Positions 27,487 to 39,600 of a stretch of DNA of 64,000 bases are shown in pieces. The DNA is from Haliotis cracherodii (Eukaryota), in contig NW_027266267.1 of NCBI RefSeq assembly GCF_022045235.1, positions 38,750,001 to 38,814,000 on the forward strand. The letters run 5' to 3'. The notes below the pieces were generated by a model, which saw only the letters and a program-made list of their open reading frames with translations, was not told the DNA's origin and ran no database searches. Position numbers and translations under genes: made by a program. How positions within the stretch are numbered: the first letter of the stretch is position 1; the number at the start of each line of letters is the position of its first letter.

Positions 27487-30400
27487 CACTACTTACACCT
27501 GACATATCCTGAACGTCATCATCCAACAAAAACATGTACATCACCACTTACACCTGACATATCCCGAACGTCATCATCAAACATAAACATGTTAGCACTA
27601 CTTACGCCTGACATATCCTAAACGTCATCAGCAAACATAAACATGTTAGCACTACTTACACCTGACATATCCTGAACGTCATCATCAAACATAAACATGT
27701 TAGCACTACTTACACCTGACATATCCTGAACGTCATCATCAAACAAAGACATGTTAGCACTACTTACGCCTGACATATCCTGAACGTCATCATCAAACAA
27801 AAACATGTAAATCACTACTTACATCTGACATATCCTTAACGTCATCATCAAACAAAAACATGTAAAGCACTACTTACATCTGACATATCCTGAACGACAT
27901 CATCAAACATAAACATGTTAGCACTACTTACGCCTGGCATATCTTGAACGTCATCATCAAACATAAACATGTAAAGCACTACTTACGCCTGGCATATCTG
28001 GAACGTCATCATCAAACAATAACGTGTAAAGCACAACTTACACCTGACATATCCTGAACGTCATCATCAAACAAAGACATGTAAAGCATTACTTACACCT
28101 GACATAACCTGAACGTCATCATCCAACATAAACATGTTAGCACTACTTACACCTGACATATCCTGAACGTCATCATCAAACAAAGACATGTAAATCACTG
28201 CTTACATCTGACATACTCTGAACGTCATCATTAAACAAAAACGTGTAAAGCACTACTAACACCTGACATATCCTGAACGCCATCATCAAACAAAACCGTG
28301 TAAAGAACTACTTACATCTGACATATCCTCAACGTCCTCATCAAACAAAAACGTGTAAAGCACTACTAACACCTGACATATCCTGAACGTCATCATCAAA
28401 CAAAAACATGTAAACTACAACTTACGCCTGACATATCCTGAACGTCATCATCAAACAAAAACATGTAAAGCACTACTTACATCTGACATATCCTTAACGT
28501 CATCATCAAACAAAAACATGTAAATCACTCCTTACATCTGACATATCCTGAACGTCTTCATCAAACATAAACATGTTAGCACTACTTACGCCTGACATAT
28601 CCTGAACGTCATTATCAAACAAAGACATGTAAAGCACTACTTACACCTGACATATCCTGAACGTCATCATCAAACATAAACATGTTAGCACTACTTACAC
28701 CTGACATATCCTGAACGTCATCATCAAACAAAGACATGTTAGCACTACTTACGCCTGACATATCCTGAACGTCATCATCAAACAAAAACATGTAAATCAC
28801 TACTTACATCTGACATATCCTTAACGTCATCATCAAACAAAAACATGTAAAGCACTACTTACATCTGACATATCCTGAACGACATCATCAAACAAAAACA
28901 TGTTAGCACTACTTACGCCTGACATATCCTGAACGTCATCATCAAACAAAAACATGTAAATCACTACTTACATCTGACATATCCTTAACGTCATCATCAA
29001 ACAAAAACATGTAAAGCACTACTTACATCTGACATATCCTGAACGACATCATCAAACATAAACATGTTAGCACTACTTACGCCTGGCATATCTTGAACGT
29101 CATCATCAAACATAAACATGTAAAGCACTACTTACGCCTGGCATATCTGGAACGTCATCATCAAACAATAACGTGTAAAGCACAACTTACACCTGACATA
29201 TCCTGAACGTCATCATCAAACAAAGACATGTAAAGCATTACTTACACCTGACATAACCTGAACGTCATCATCCAACATAAACATGTTAGCACTACTTACA
29301 CCTGACATATCCTGAACGTCATCATCAAACAAAGACATGTAAATCACTGCTTACATCTGACATACTCTGAACGTCATCATTAAACAAAAACGTGTAAAGC
29401 ACTACTAACACCTGACATATCCTGAACGCCATCATCAAACAAAACCGTGTAAAGAACTACTTACATCTGACATATCCTCAACGTCCTCATCAAACAAAAA
29501 CGTGTAAAGCACTACTAACACCTGACATATCCTGAACGTCATCATCAAACAAAAACATGTAAACTACAACTTACGCCTGACATATCCTGAACGTCATCAT
29601 CAAACAAAAACATGTAAAGCACTACTTACATCTGACATATCCTTAACGTCATCATCAAACAAAAACATGTAAATCACTCCTTACATCTGACATATCCTGA
29701 ACGTCTTCATCAAACATAAACATGTTAGCACTACTTACGCCTGACATATCCTGAACGTCATTATCAAACAAAGACATGTAAAGCACTACTTACACCTGAC
29801 ATATCCTGAACGTCATCATCAAACAAAATCATGTAAAGCACAACTTACATCTGACACATCCTGAACGTCATCATCAAACATAAACATGTAAAGCACTACT
29901 TACATCTGACATATCCTGAACGTCTTCATCAAACATAAACATGTTAGCACTACTTACGCATGGCCTATCCTAAACGACATCATCAAACATAAACATGTAA
30001 AGCACTACTTACACCTGACATATCCTGAACGACATCATCAAACATAAACATGTTAGCACTACTTACGCATGGCCTATCCTAAACGTCATCATCAAACATA
30101 AACATGTAAAGCACTACTTACGCATGGCCTATCCTAAAAGACATCATCAAACATAAACATGTTAGCACTACTTACGCATGGCCTATCCTAAACGTCATCA
30201 TCAAACATAAACATGTTAGCACTACTTACACCTGACATATCCTGAACGACATCATCAAACATAAACATGTTAGCACTACTTACATCTGACATATCCTGAA
30301 CGTCATCATCAAACAAAGACACATGTAAAGCATTACTTACACCTGACATAACCTGAACGTCATCATCCAACATAAACATGTTAGCACTACTTACACCTGA

Positions 30401-32520
30401 CATATCCTGAACGTCATCATCAAACAAAAACATGTAAATCACTACTTACTCCTGTCATATCCCGAACATCATCATCAAACAAAAACATGTAAATCACTAC
30501 TTACGCCTGCCATATCCTGAACGTCATCATCAACCAAAAACATGTAAATCACTACTTACGCCTGCCATATCCCGAACGTCATCATCAAACAAAAACATTT
30601 AAATCACTACTTACACCTGACATATCCTGAACGACATCATCAAACATAAACATGTTAGCACTACTTACATCTGACATATCCTGAACGTCATCATCAAACA
30701 AAGACACATGTAAAGCATTACTTACACCTGACATAACCTGAACGTCATCATCCAACATAAACATGTTAGCACTACTTACACCTGACATATCCTGAACGTC
30801 ATCATCAAACAATAACGTGTAAAGCACAACTTACACCTGACATATCCTGAACGTCATCATCAAACAAAGACATGTAAAGCATTACTTACACCTGACATAA
30901 CCTGAACGTCATCATCCAACATAAACATGTTAGCACTACTTACACCTGACATATCCTGAACGTCATCATCAAACAAAGACATGTAAATCACTGCTTACAT
31001 CTGACATACTCTGAACGTCATCATTAAACAAAAACGTGTAAAGCACTACTAACACCTGACATATCCTGAACGCCATCATCAAACAAAACCGTGTAAAGAA
31101 CTACTTACATCTGACATATCCTCAACGTCCTCATCAAACAAAAACGTGTAAAGCACTACTAACACCTGACATATCCTGAACGTCATCATCAAACAAAAAC
31201 ATGTAAACTACAACTTACGCCTGACATATCCTGAACGTCATCATCAAACAAAAACATGTAAAGCACTACTTACATCTGACATATCCTTAACGTCATCATC
31301 AAACAAAAACATGTAAATCACTCCTTACATCTGACATATCCTGAACGTCTTCATCAAACATAAACATGTTAGCACTACTTACGCCTGACATATCCTGAAC
31401 GTCATTATCAAACAAAGACATGTAAAGCACTACTTACACCTGACATATCCTGAACGTCATCATCAAACAAAATCATGTAAAGCACAACTTACATCTGACA
31501 CATCCTGAACGTCATCATCAAACATAAACATGTAAAGCACTACTTACATCTGACATATCCTGAACGTCTTCATCAAACATAAACATGTTAGCACTACTTA
31601 CGCATGGCCTATCCTAAACGACATCATCAAACATAAACATGTAAAGCACTACTTACACCTGACATATCCTGAACGACATCATCAAACATAAACATGTTAG
31701 CACTACTTACGCATGGCCTATCCTAAACGTCATCATCAAACATAAACATGTAAAGCACTACTTACGCATGGCCTATCCTAAAAGACATCATCAAACATAA
31801 ACATGTTAGCACTACTTACGCATGGCCTATCCTAAACGTCATCATCAAACATAAACATGTTAGCACTACTTACACCTGACATATCCTGAACGACATCATC
31901 AAACATAAACATGTTAGCACTACTTACATCTGACATATCCTGAACGTCATCATCAAACAAAGACACATGTAAAGCATTACTTACACCTGACATAACCTGA
32001 ACGTCATCATCCAACATAAACATGTTAGCACTACTTACACCTGACATATCCTGAACGTCATCATCAAACAAAAACATGTAAATCACTACTTACTCCTGTC
32101 ATATCCCGAACATCATCATCAAACAAAAACATGTAAATCACTACTTACGCCTGCCATATCCTGAACGTCATCATCAACCAAAAACATGTAAATCACTACT
32201 TACGCCTGCCATATCCCGAACGTCATCATCAAACAAAAACATTTAAATCACTACTTACGCCTGCTATATCCCGAACGTCATCATCAAACAAAAACATGTA
32301 AATCACTACTTACGCCTGCCATATCCCGAACGTCATCATCAAACGAAAACATGTAAATCACTACTTACGCCTGCCATATCCCGAACGTCATCATAAAACG
32401 AAAATGTAAATCAGTACTTACGCCTGGCATATCCCGAACGTCATCATCAAACGAAAACATGTAAATCACTACTTACGCCTGCCATATCCCGAACGTCATC
32501 ATTCAACATACACCTGATAT
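27487..32520. repeat. 54-55-bp satellite, ~90 copies, with higher-order duplications; intronic to the minus-strand gene
   Basis: Unit ctacttacacctgacatatcctgaacgtcatcatcaaacataaacatgttagca and variants. Confidence 0.97.
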
Positions 32521-32884
32521 ATCCTGTTTGCCTCAATGGGTCTCAATTTGAAATGTGCAGCAGAAAAAACACCTTACATACAAGATTAGTTCCAAGGAAA
32601 TATAAATTAACTGAAACAAATTAAATCATACAAATTTTGACGTATTATCATTATAGTATCATATATATGTATAGATTATGTGTAAAGTAGGTCGATACTG
32701 GTTTTGTGCTAGGCGCGCCGATGTACAAAGTGTTATAGGCGAGTGAGAGTGTATAGTTTTACGCCGTTTTAGGCAATATTTCAGCCGACGAACACCACGG
32801 ATGGCTTCTCATATTGTTTCCGTGTCGAGAAACGAACATTGACTTTCGGAGCGACGAACCAACTATTTACCTCCAAACCCGTCA

Positions 32885-33135
32885 GGGGGGCACGGATGGC
32901 CCAGTCGTCTAAGGCGACGCGATTCGCTGTGCAGAGTTGCGTCCCTTGGGGTTCGAATCCTGGTTTGCCCCGATTATGTTTCTAGGTTTTTCAGCACCAT
33001 ACTGCTAGTGGGTTTCATCGAAGTGGTAAACGTCTGAGACTTGCATCACTTCGGTCTTTCCTCCCACATTAAGCTGACACACCGTGATATAACTGGAATA
33101 CTGTTAAAAGCGGCGTAAAACCCAACTCACTCACT
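32885..33135 (+). mobile_element. tRNA-headed SINE with a V-domain-like core (RUDI/V-SINE-like)
   Basis: A/B boxes, core ...cggtctttcctcccacattaagctgac..., and a 3' tail shared with the short SINE. Other copies at about 3640-3880(-), 17845-18017, 19580-19810(-), 35041-35315(-) and 58775-59010. The superfamily name is from memory. Confidence 0.75.
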
Positions 33136-33270
33136 CCCTCCCTCACTTACTCACTCCAAACCCATCACACCGACCTCGAAATTCTGCTGAATTCGACATG
33201 GTTTTATTTTAGCAGAGCTTAACTTCTGTTGCGAAATAATTCATACGAGTATGAGATGTATGCTACTTAC

Positions 33271-33555
33271 GCCTCTTGCAGCTGCCCGTGCTCCCTGATT
33301 CAGACAGCAAACTGATCCAAGTATATGTAGGGCCAACATCAGACTGTCACATAATGGCCGATTGGTATTCCGAAGGCATGAAATGTAAATAAACATTGCC
33401 ACACCAAGTTCTAATTTATTGCGTTGTAAAACAATAACACATTATATCGTCGACACAGTTCAGTCGTGTTGGCTAATTAAATATTCTAATCTGAACAAGT
33501 ACAACGAAAACTCGTCAGTCCGAACGTATCTGACACGAAAACCTCGCCTTTTATA
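33271..33555 (-). promoter_or_regulatory. Putative TATA box and non-coding first exon of the minus-strand membrane-protein gene
   Basis: Minus-strand TATAAAA at 33555-33549 and a strong donor GGC|GTAAGT at 33271/33270. The link to the acceptor at 27463 is inferred. Confidence 0.35.
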
Positions 33556-34281
33556 CCATTCTCGCTGGAACGTCCATATGTGTTATGGTTAAAATGTATG
33601 GTTAGTTATTATATATAAAATGGGGCGGTCGGGTAGCGTAGTGGTTAAAGCGTTCGATTGTAAAGCCGAAGACCCGGGTTCGATTCCCGACATGGGTACA
33701 ATGTGTGAAGGCCATTTCTGGTGTCCCCCGCCGTGATATTGCTGGAATATTGCTAATAGCGGCGTAAAACCCTACTCACTCACTATTATGTATAATAGAC
33801 ATAATAACAATAAGTAAGAATGCAGTTAAAAACATCAATATGTTTATTGATAGTTTTTTCAATTTTTTCCAAGTAAAAATGAAACACATAAATGTAACAT
33901 TTTGAGGTACATTGACTGAAGACACCATTGCCATTTATCAATGGTGAACATATGGAACATGTTCATAGTTATATTGCTATGACATGGTTTATCTAATTGA
34001 TCTGTTCTTCACAACTCAATCAACAACACAAATTCTTCCCGAATTTTTTGGGCCAATTTGATGCAACACGTTTCCACTGTATATCTGATCTGGAAAATGA
34101 CTCCATCTATGAATCCACGATCGTGTCGTCAAACTAACTGACCTTTAAAAATCTGTCGACTTTGTGCTCACTGAGGCTCACAGTCACCCACTATGTTGTA
34201 ACTGGGTACCCGGTAGGATGAGATGTATATGTGTTTAGCGCTCTGGTATACTCCGCAGGGCGATGAGAATGTACGCTTTAA

Positions 34282-34934
34282 AGGGGAAGTGTACACGCAA
34301 AAATCACTTTCTTTCTTTTTCTAAACAAAACGCAATTTTAGAATTAGTTAGTATCTGTGTTTGAAAATATACACTCATTTTTTTCCACATTGAAAGTAGG
34401 AAGCTCACAATAGTGTGAAAGTGATATGCCGTTATGAGGCCTTCGTTTTACGATCGAAACAGGCCTGAGTTATCCCCCTTAGATTATGACGTAATTGGTG
34501 CCAATTCAACTGGGTCCCTGTCTATTCTCAACGCAAAAGATATCAAGGACCAGTTTGCGGTAAAACAACATGGTCTACGACACATTCCGGCGCAGTGGTG
34601 ACTCAGCATAACACAATTCTGGCTGGCATCTGAGATGCTAGAATCACAAAACTGTACCTACACCACGTGAAGCGGCTCTAACAAAGCATGATGACGTCAT
34701 AATGTTTATCAATTGGCACCAATGACGTCATATTGCAAGGGACATAAGCCATGGTGTTTTTGTTATGGAAATAGAACACTTGGTAAATGTGAAAAATATA
34801 AATCGTTTTAGTGCAAAAAATATGTTAATTAAATATGATGTTTTTATATTTTTGTCTATGACACTTCTATGTTAACACTTTTAATGTGGAAAAAGTACAA
34901 GAAAAAAAGGTTCATTTCCGTGTGAACTTGCCCT
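34282..34934. mobile_element. Non-autonomous DNA transposon with TTAA TSD (Kolobok-like)
   Basis: TTAA|AGGGGAAGTGTACACG ... CGTGTGAACTTGCCCT|TTAA, plus an internal inverted pair at about 34485-34506 / 34711-34732. Confidence 0.65.
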
Positions 34935-36193
34935 TTAAGTATGTTCATAGCATGTTATATTGGTGGCTAGTTATCATAATGTTTTGCACCATAATTGTCG
35001 CACGTGTAATGCATGCGTCGTGATGATTTCCACAAATATAGTGAGTGAGTTGGGTTTTACGCCGCTTTTAACAGTATTCCAGTTATATCACGGCGTGTCA
35101 GCTTAATGTGGGAGGAACACCGGAAGTGATGCAGGTCTTTGACGTTTACCACTTCGGTGAAACCCACGAGCACGGATATAATGCTGACAAACCTAGGAAC
35201 ATAATCGGGGCGAACCGGGATTCGAACCCACAATCATAGATTTCTGGCGTGCCAAGGGACGCAACTCTGCACAACGAAACGCGGCGCCTTAGACGACTGG
35301 GCCACCCGTGCCCCCCTCCACAAATATAACTGCTGTCTCTGTATGGGACCCCTGCTACTGATATCGAAACATTCTACGATGGAGATCGAGGGGTCACTTT
35401 CGACAGCTGTGGTACCATCAAACCCTAGATGCTTAACTGAAATATTCTTAGCTCAAGTCAATTATAAGGATTCATTTCAGTGGAAGACTCATTTAGTTAT
35501 GTTTTACGACGCTTGTGGAACTATTGCAGCCAAATGAGATAATAAAATGGCCTCCACACATTGTATCCATATCGGGAATCGACCCGGGACCTTAGGCGTG
35601 AAGACCCGTGAAGATCCAGGGTAGAATAGCTCTTCAGCAACCCATGCTGTAAAAGACGACTATGCTTGTCGTAAGAGGCGACTAAGGGGATCGGGTGGTC
35701 AGGCTCGCTGATTGGTTGATGTATGTCATCGTATCCCAGTTGCGTGGATCCATGCTCATGATATCAATCACTGGATTGTCTGTCCAGACGCGAATATTTA
35801 CAGACCGCCGTCATATAGCTGGAATATTGCTGAGTGCGGCTTTAAACAACAAACCAAACCAAACACACAAACCTAAGGCGTGACAAGCAAACGCTTTACC
35901 CACTAACTTACCCCCGTCCCCTATGAAAGTAAGGAGAACAAGAGAAGACATAACTATAAAGGCTAATATTTGCTTTTCAAATATGACATAGAATTACGAA
36001 ATATGAAGATGAGCTCAGCAAACTTTACTTTATACGTATTCCAGAATTACCTACTGATGATGAAAATTTATAAAATACTCATGGAGTAACACAAGTACAC
36101 GGCTAATATTGTGATCACGTACACAAGCACCATCACGCGTGTGTATGAACGATCTGCCTAGACAAACAGCCACCAACTGTATTTTATTAAGAG

Positions 36194-36358
36194 TGAGTGA
36201 GTGAATATGGTTTTACGCCGCTTTTAGCAATATTCCAGCAATATCACGGCGGGGGACACCAGAAATGGGCTTCACACATTGTACCCATGTCGGGAATCGA
36301 ACCCGGGTCTTCGGCGTGACGAGCGAACGCTTTAACCACTAGGCTACCCGACCGCCCC
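36194..36358 (-). mobile_element. Short tRNA-derived SINE (~165 bp, tRNA-Asp-like head, (ACTC)n tail), exemplar copy
   Basis: A-box TAGCCTAGTGG, B-box GGTTCGATTCC, 14-bp TSD tattttattaagag (36180-36193 / 36359-36372). Other copies at about 10305-10472, 13362-13513(-), 20580-20746(-), 33621-33784, 35545-35920(-, interrupted), 38768-38928(-), 43730-43875(-), 49112-49265(-) and 49546-49640. Confidence 0.92.
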
Positions 36359-37799
36359 TATTTTATTAAGAGCAAAGGTTATATCATAAAACACATATTT
36401 CATTCTGAGAGACTTCTGAAGCCGACATGGTAGATGCGGCTTTTTTAGAATTGCTTCTGTAATACCGTTACAGCTGGTTCATCGGATTATAAGTCATGTT
36501 CTCCTGAAATGCCGTCGTGCCGCTAAACCCATCCTCGTATTTCCTGGGTGTTATAAACCGATATAGACTGTCTTTTAAATACCCTGGATATGGGTATATA
36601 TAAGATATTGATAGCTGAAATTGTATTTCTTTACTGATTGAGGATACGGACGTTTTACATCATTTACATTTTAATCATCTGGATGTGTACATGTCAATCA
36701 ACCTAACAAGACTCTTCATTCACGTGAAGAATAAACGTGTAGCGATGATTGACAGGACTGACGTTCGATATTCAGGCTTACCAATAGATACATCGTTTCC
36801 AAAAACAGAATTTGAATAAATTGTACCTGTCAAAAAAACTTTTACGAAGGTTATCGTGAAAAGATTGAGCTGTGACTTTGTNNNNNNNNNNNNNNNNNNN
36901 NNNNNNNNNNNNNNNNNNNNNNNNNNNNNNNNNNNNNNNNNNNNNNNNNNNNNNNNNNNNNNNNNNNNNNNNNNNNNNNNNNNNNNNNNNNNNNNNNNNN
37001 NNNNNNNNNNNNNNNNNNNNNNNNNNNNNNNNNNNNNNNNNNNNNNNNNNNNNNNNNNNNNNNNNNNNNNNNNNNNNNNNNNNNNNNNNNNNNNNNNNNN
37101 NNNNNNNNNNNNNNNNNNNNNNNNNNNNNNNNNNNNNNNNNNNTCTATCTACCACAACATATTTCATAAAAAAAACGTATAAAGCTCCCTTGTCCTTTCC
37201 TGCAAAGTGACTTAACATGTACAAATGTATCTGTAAAAGTCCTCAGAGCCCAACATGATTATAATGGAGTGAGCGTCATTGAGTATTTGTATATCTGTGT
37301 TTATAATCAAACCTGTATTCATTCGTCATGTTTATTTCTGACAAAGCCTCCGAGACGTTCGAATTGTGGGAACACATTGCAGGCTAATTGTACAGATCAA
37401 CCCTTGGTGTAAGAAGGAAAGTGTCACAACTAGAATGTAATATGGCTTCAGACTGTCACCAACCGTGTCTGACATAGATACATTGTGACTCACGCAGTCG
37501 ACCAGCCTCGAGTTGGATTGTACAAAAGCTTCATGTTCCAACTCATGTTGCACTTGAAACGCACGTACTTTCTGATTTAATCAGATTACAAATAACACAT
37601 GCATCCAGCCAGCCAATCACCAATTCGAATGGTATTAATTGCTGCTCTCATGTGCTCCTTGAGTGTGGGTTAGAAATCCGCTCATAAACGCTGCACTGAT
37701 TGAGTGCGGATAACAAACACGCTCTGATGCATTGCTTGAGTGTGGTTTAAACATCTGCTCTGATAAATTGCAAACCTTAAGTGACTCTAATAGACTGCC

Positions 37800-38170
37800 C
37801 TTCTTGAGCGTGGGTTACAAACACGCTCTTATGCACTACACTGCTGGAGTGAGAGTTACAAACCCGCTCTTATACACTACACTTCTGGAGTGAGAGTTAC
37901 AAACACGCTCTTATACACTGCACTGCTGGAGTGAGAGTTACAAACCCGCTCTTATGCACTACACTGCTGGGGTGTGGGTTACACATGTACACCCGCTCTT
38001 ATACACTACACTGCTGGAGAGAAAGTTACAAACCCGCTCTTATACACTACACTGATGGAGGGTGGGTACAAACCCGCTCTTATACACTACACTTCTGGTG
38101 TGTGGGTTACAAACCCGCTCTTATACACTACACTGCAGGAGTGTGGGTTACAAACCCGCTCTTATAAAAT
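37800..38170. repeat. 41-bp minisatellite, ~9 copies (degenerate copies extend to ~37660)
   Basis: Unit acaaacccgctcttatacactacactgctggagtgagagtt. Confidence 0.9.
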
Positions 38171-39600
38171 GGACTACGTAAGTGTTGGCTAAAGAACCAC
38201 TCTGTGGGATAAAATTTGTAAGCCCTCGCTGACACTCTGCGCTGCTTGGGTGTTGATTCATAAACACATGTATGCTAATGCTTTACTCGGAAATCTACAA
38301 TCGATTCTGTTTTCGGTAGATATTTCTTATGAATGTGTAAAGGGTTTTGTCGCTTTTATTTTATCAAATACCCTCTCTGATTCACTGCGCCGTATGGATG
38401 TGGGTAAACAGCCGCAATGGTGCCCAACGCTGCTTGAATGATGGTTACCGACGTGTGTGCGCCATAAATACAGAGCCTTATTTCTCCTAAGAAAACTAAT
38501 ATGTAACTGATATAATATTTAAAACATGTGTGGTCGGTGGGCCATGATTCGGGGACGAGAAACAGGAAAGGTACCTAGAAACTAGAAACTACAACTCATC
38601 AATGAAAGCGGGTCATCTTGTCCGATGGCGTCCTTTTTGTGATCTGTCTGCGGCATTGCACAACATGTTATTTCCACAAATAAGGTGATGTTAAATTATA
38701 TATAAGGCTCTAATGTGAAAAGTTGTCAAAATAAATTAAAGCGATCCTGTCATATCCATTGTTTTGTAAGTGGGTATGGTTTTACGCCGCTTTTAGCAAT
38801 ATTCCAGCAATATCAAGGCGGGGGACACCAGAAATGGGCTTCACACATTGTACCCATGTCGGGAATCGAACCCGGGTCTTCGGCGTGACGACCGAATGCT
38901 TTAACCACTAGGCTACCCTACCGCCCCCTGTCATTGTATAAGAACCAAGTTACAACTGTTACAAGACCTGCTGGTTACTTATTTGACATGCATTTTTTTC
39001 TTTCATTTTTTTGTTTGTTGTTTAACGCCGCACTCAGCAATATTACAGCCATATGATGGCGGTCTGTAAATACTCGAGTCTGGACCAGACAATCCAGTGA
39101 TTGACATCATGAGCTTCGATCCACGCAATTTGGATCGATGACATGCATCAACCAAGTCAGCGAGCCTGACAACCCAATACCGTTAGTCGCCTCTTACAAC
39201 AAGCATGGGTAGCTGAAGACCAATTCTAAACCGGATCTTGACGGGACGGCCTACATTTGTAAACAAGGGACCTATTTGCAACGGAGGTTGGTGAGTTGTG
39301 CACACTGGAGGCCGTAAATAATTGGGTAAATTGTATGAAAAAATGTATGATTCGATGTTCAATGTCACCCGACCGAGATAATCGTATATGCCATAACAAG
39401 CCGATAACAGGACCGCAGCAATGGCTAGGGGCGACATCAACGCGATCCGTAATTGGGTTTTGCGGTGTGTATATGTGTGTGTATGTGAGAGAGGGGGGTC
39501 GGGGGAGGGGTTGGTGGAGTTCGGGGGTCGGGGGTCGGGGCCGGGCGGTGGGAGGTTGGAGGCATCGTCTGATCGTGACATCGAGATATTGAGAAAGAAG

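Noticed and set aside
27487-32520. CRISPR-like array or Asp-rich repeat protein (MFDDDVQDMSGVSSAN ORFs)
   Set aside because: The units are contiguous with no unique spacers, there are no cas genes, the context is eukaryotic, and the mix of 54- and 55-bp units breaks the frame repeatedly.
33271-33339. Upstream coding exon MLALHILGSVCCLNQGARAAARG for the membrane protein
   Set aside because: A phase-0 splice to the acceptor at 27462 is out of frame with the ATG at 27440, so it is at most a uORF in a 5'UTR exon.
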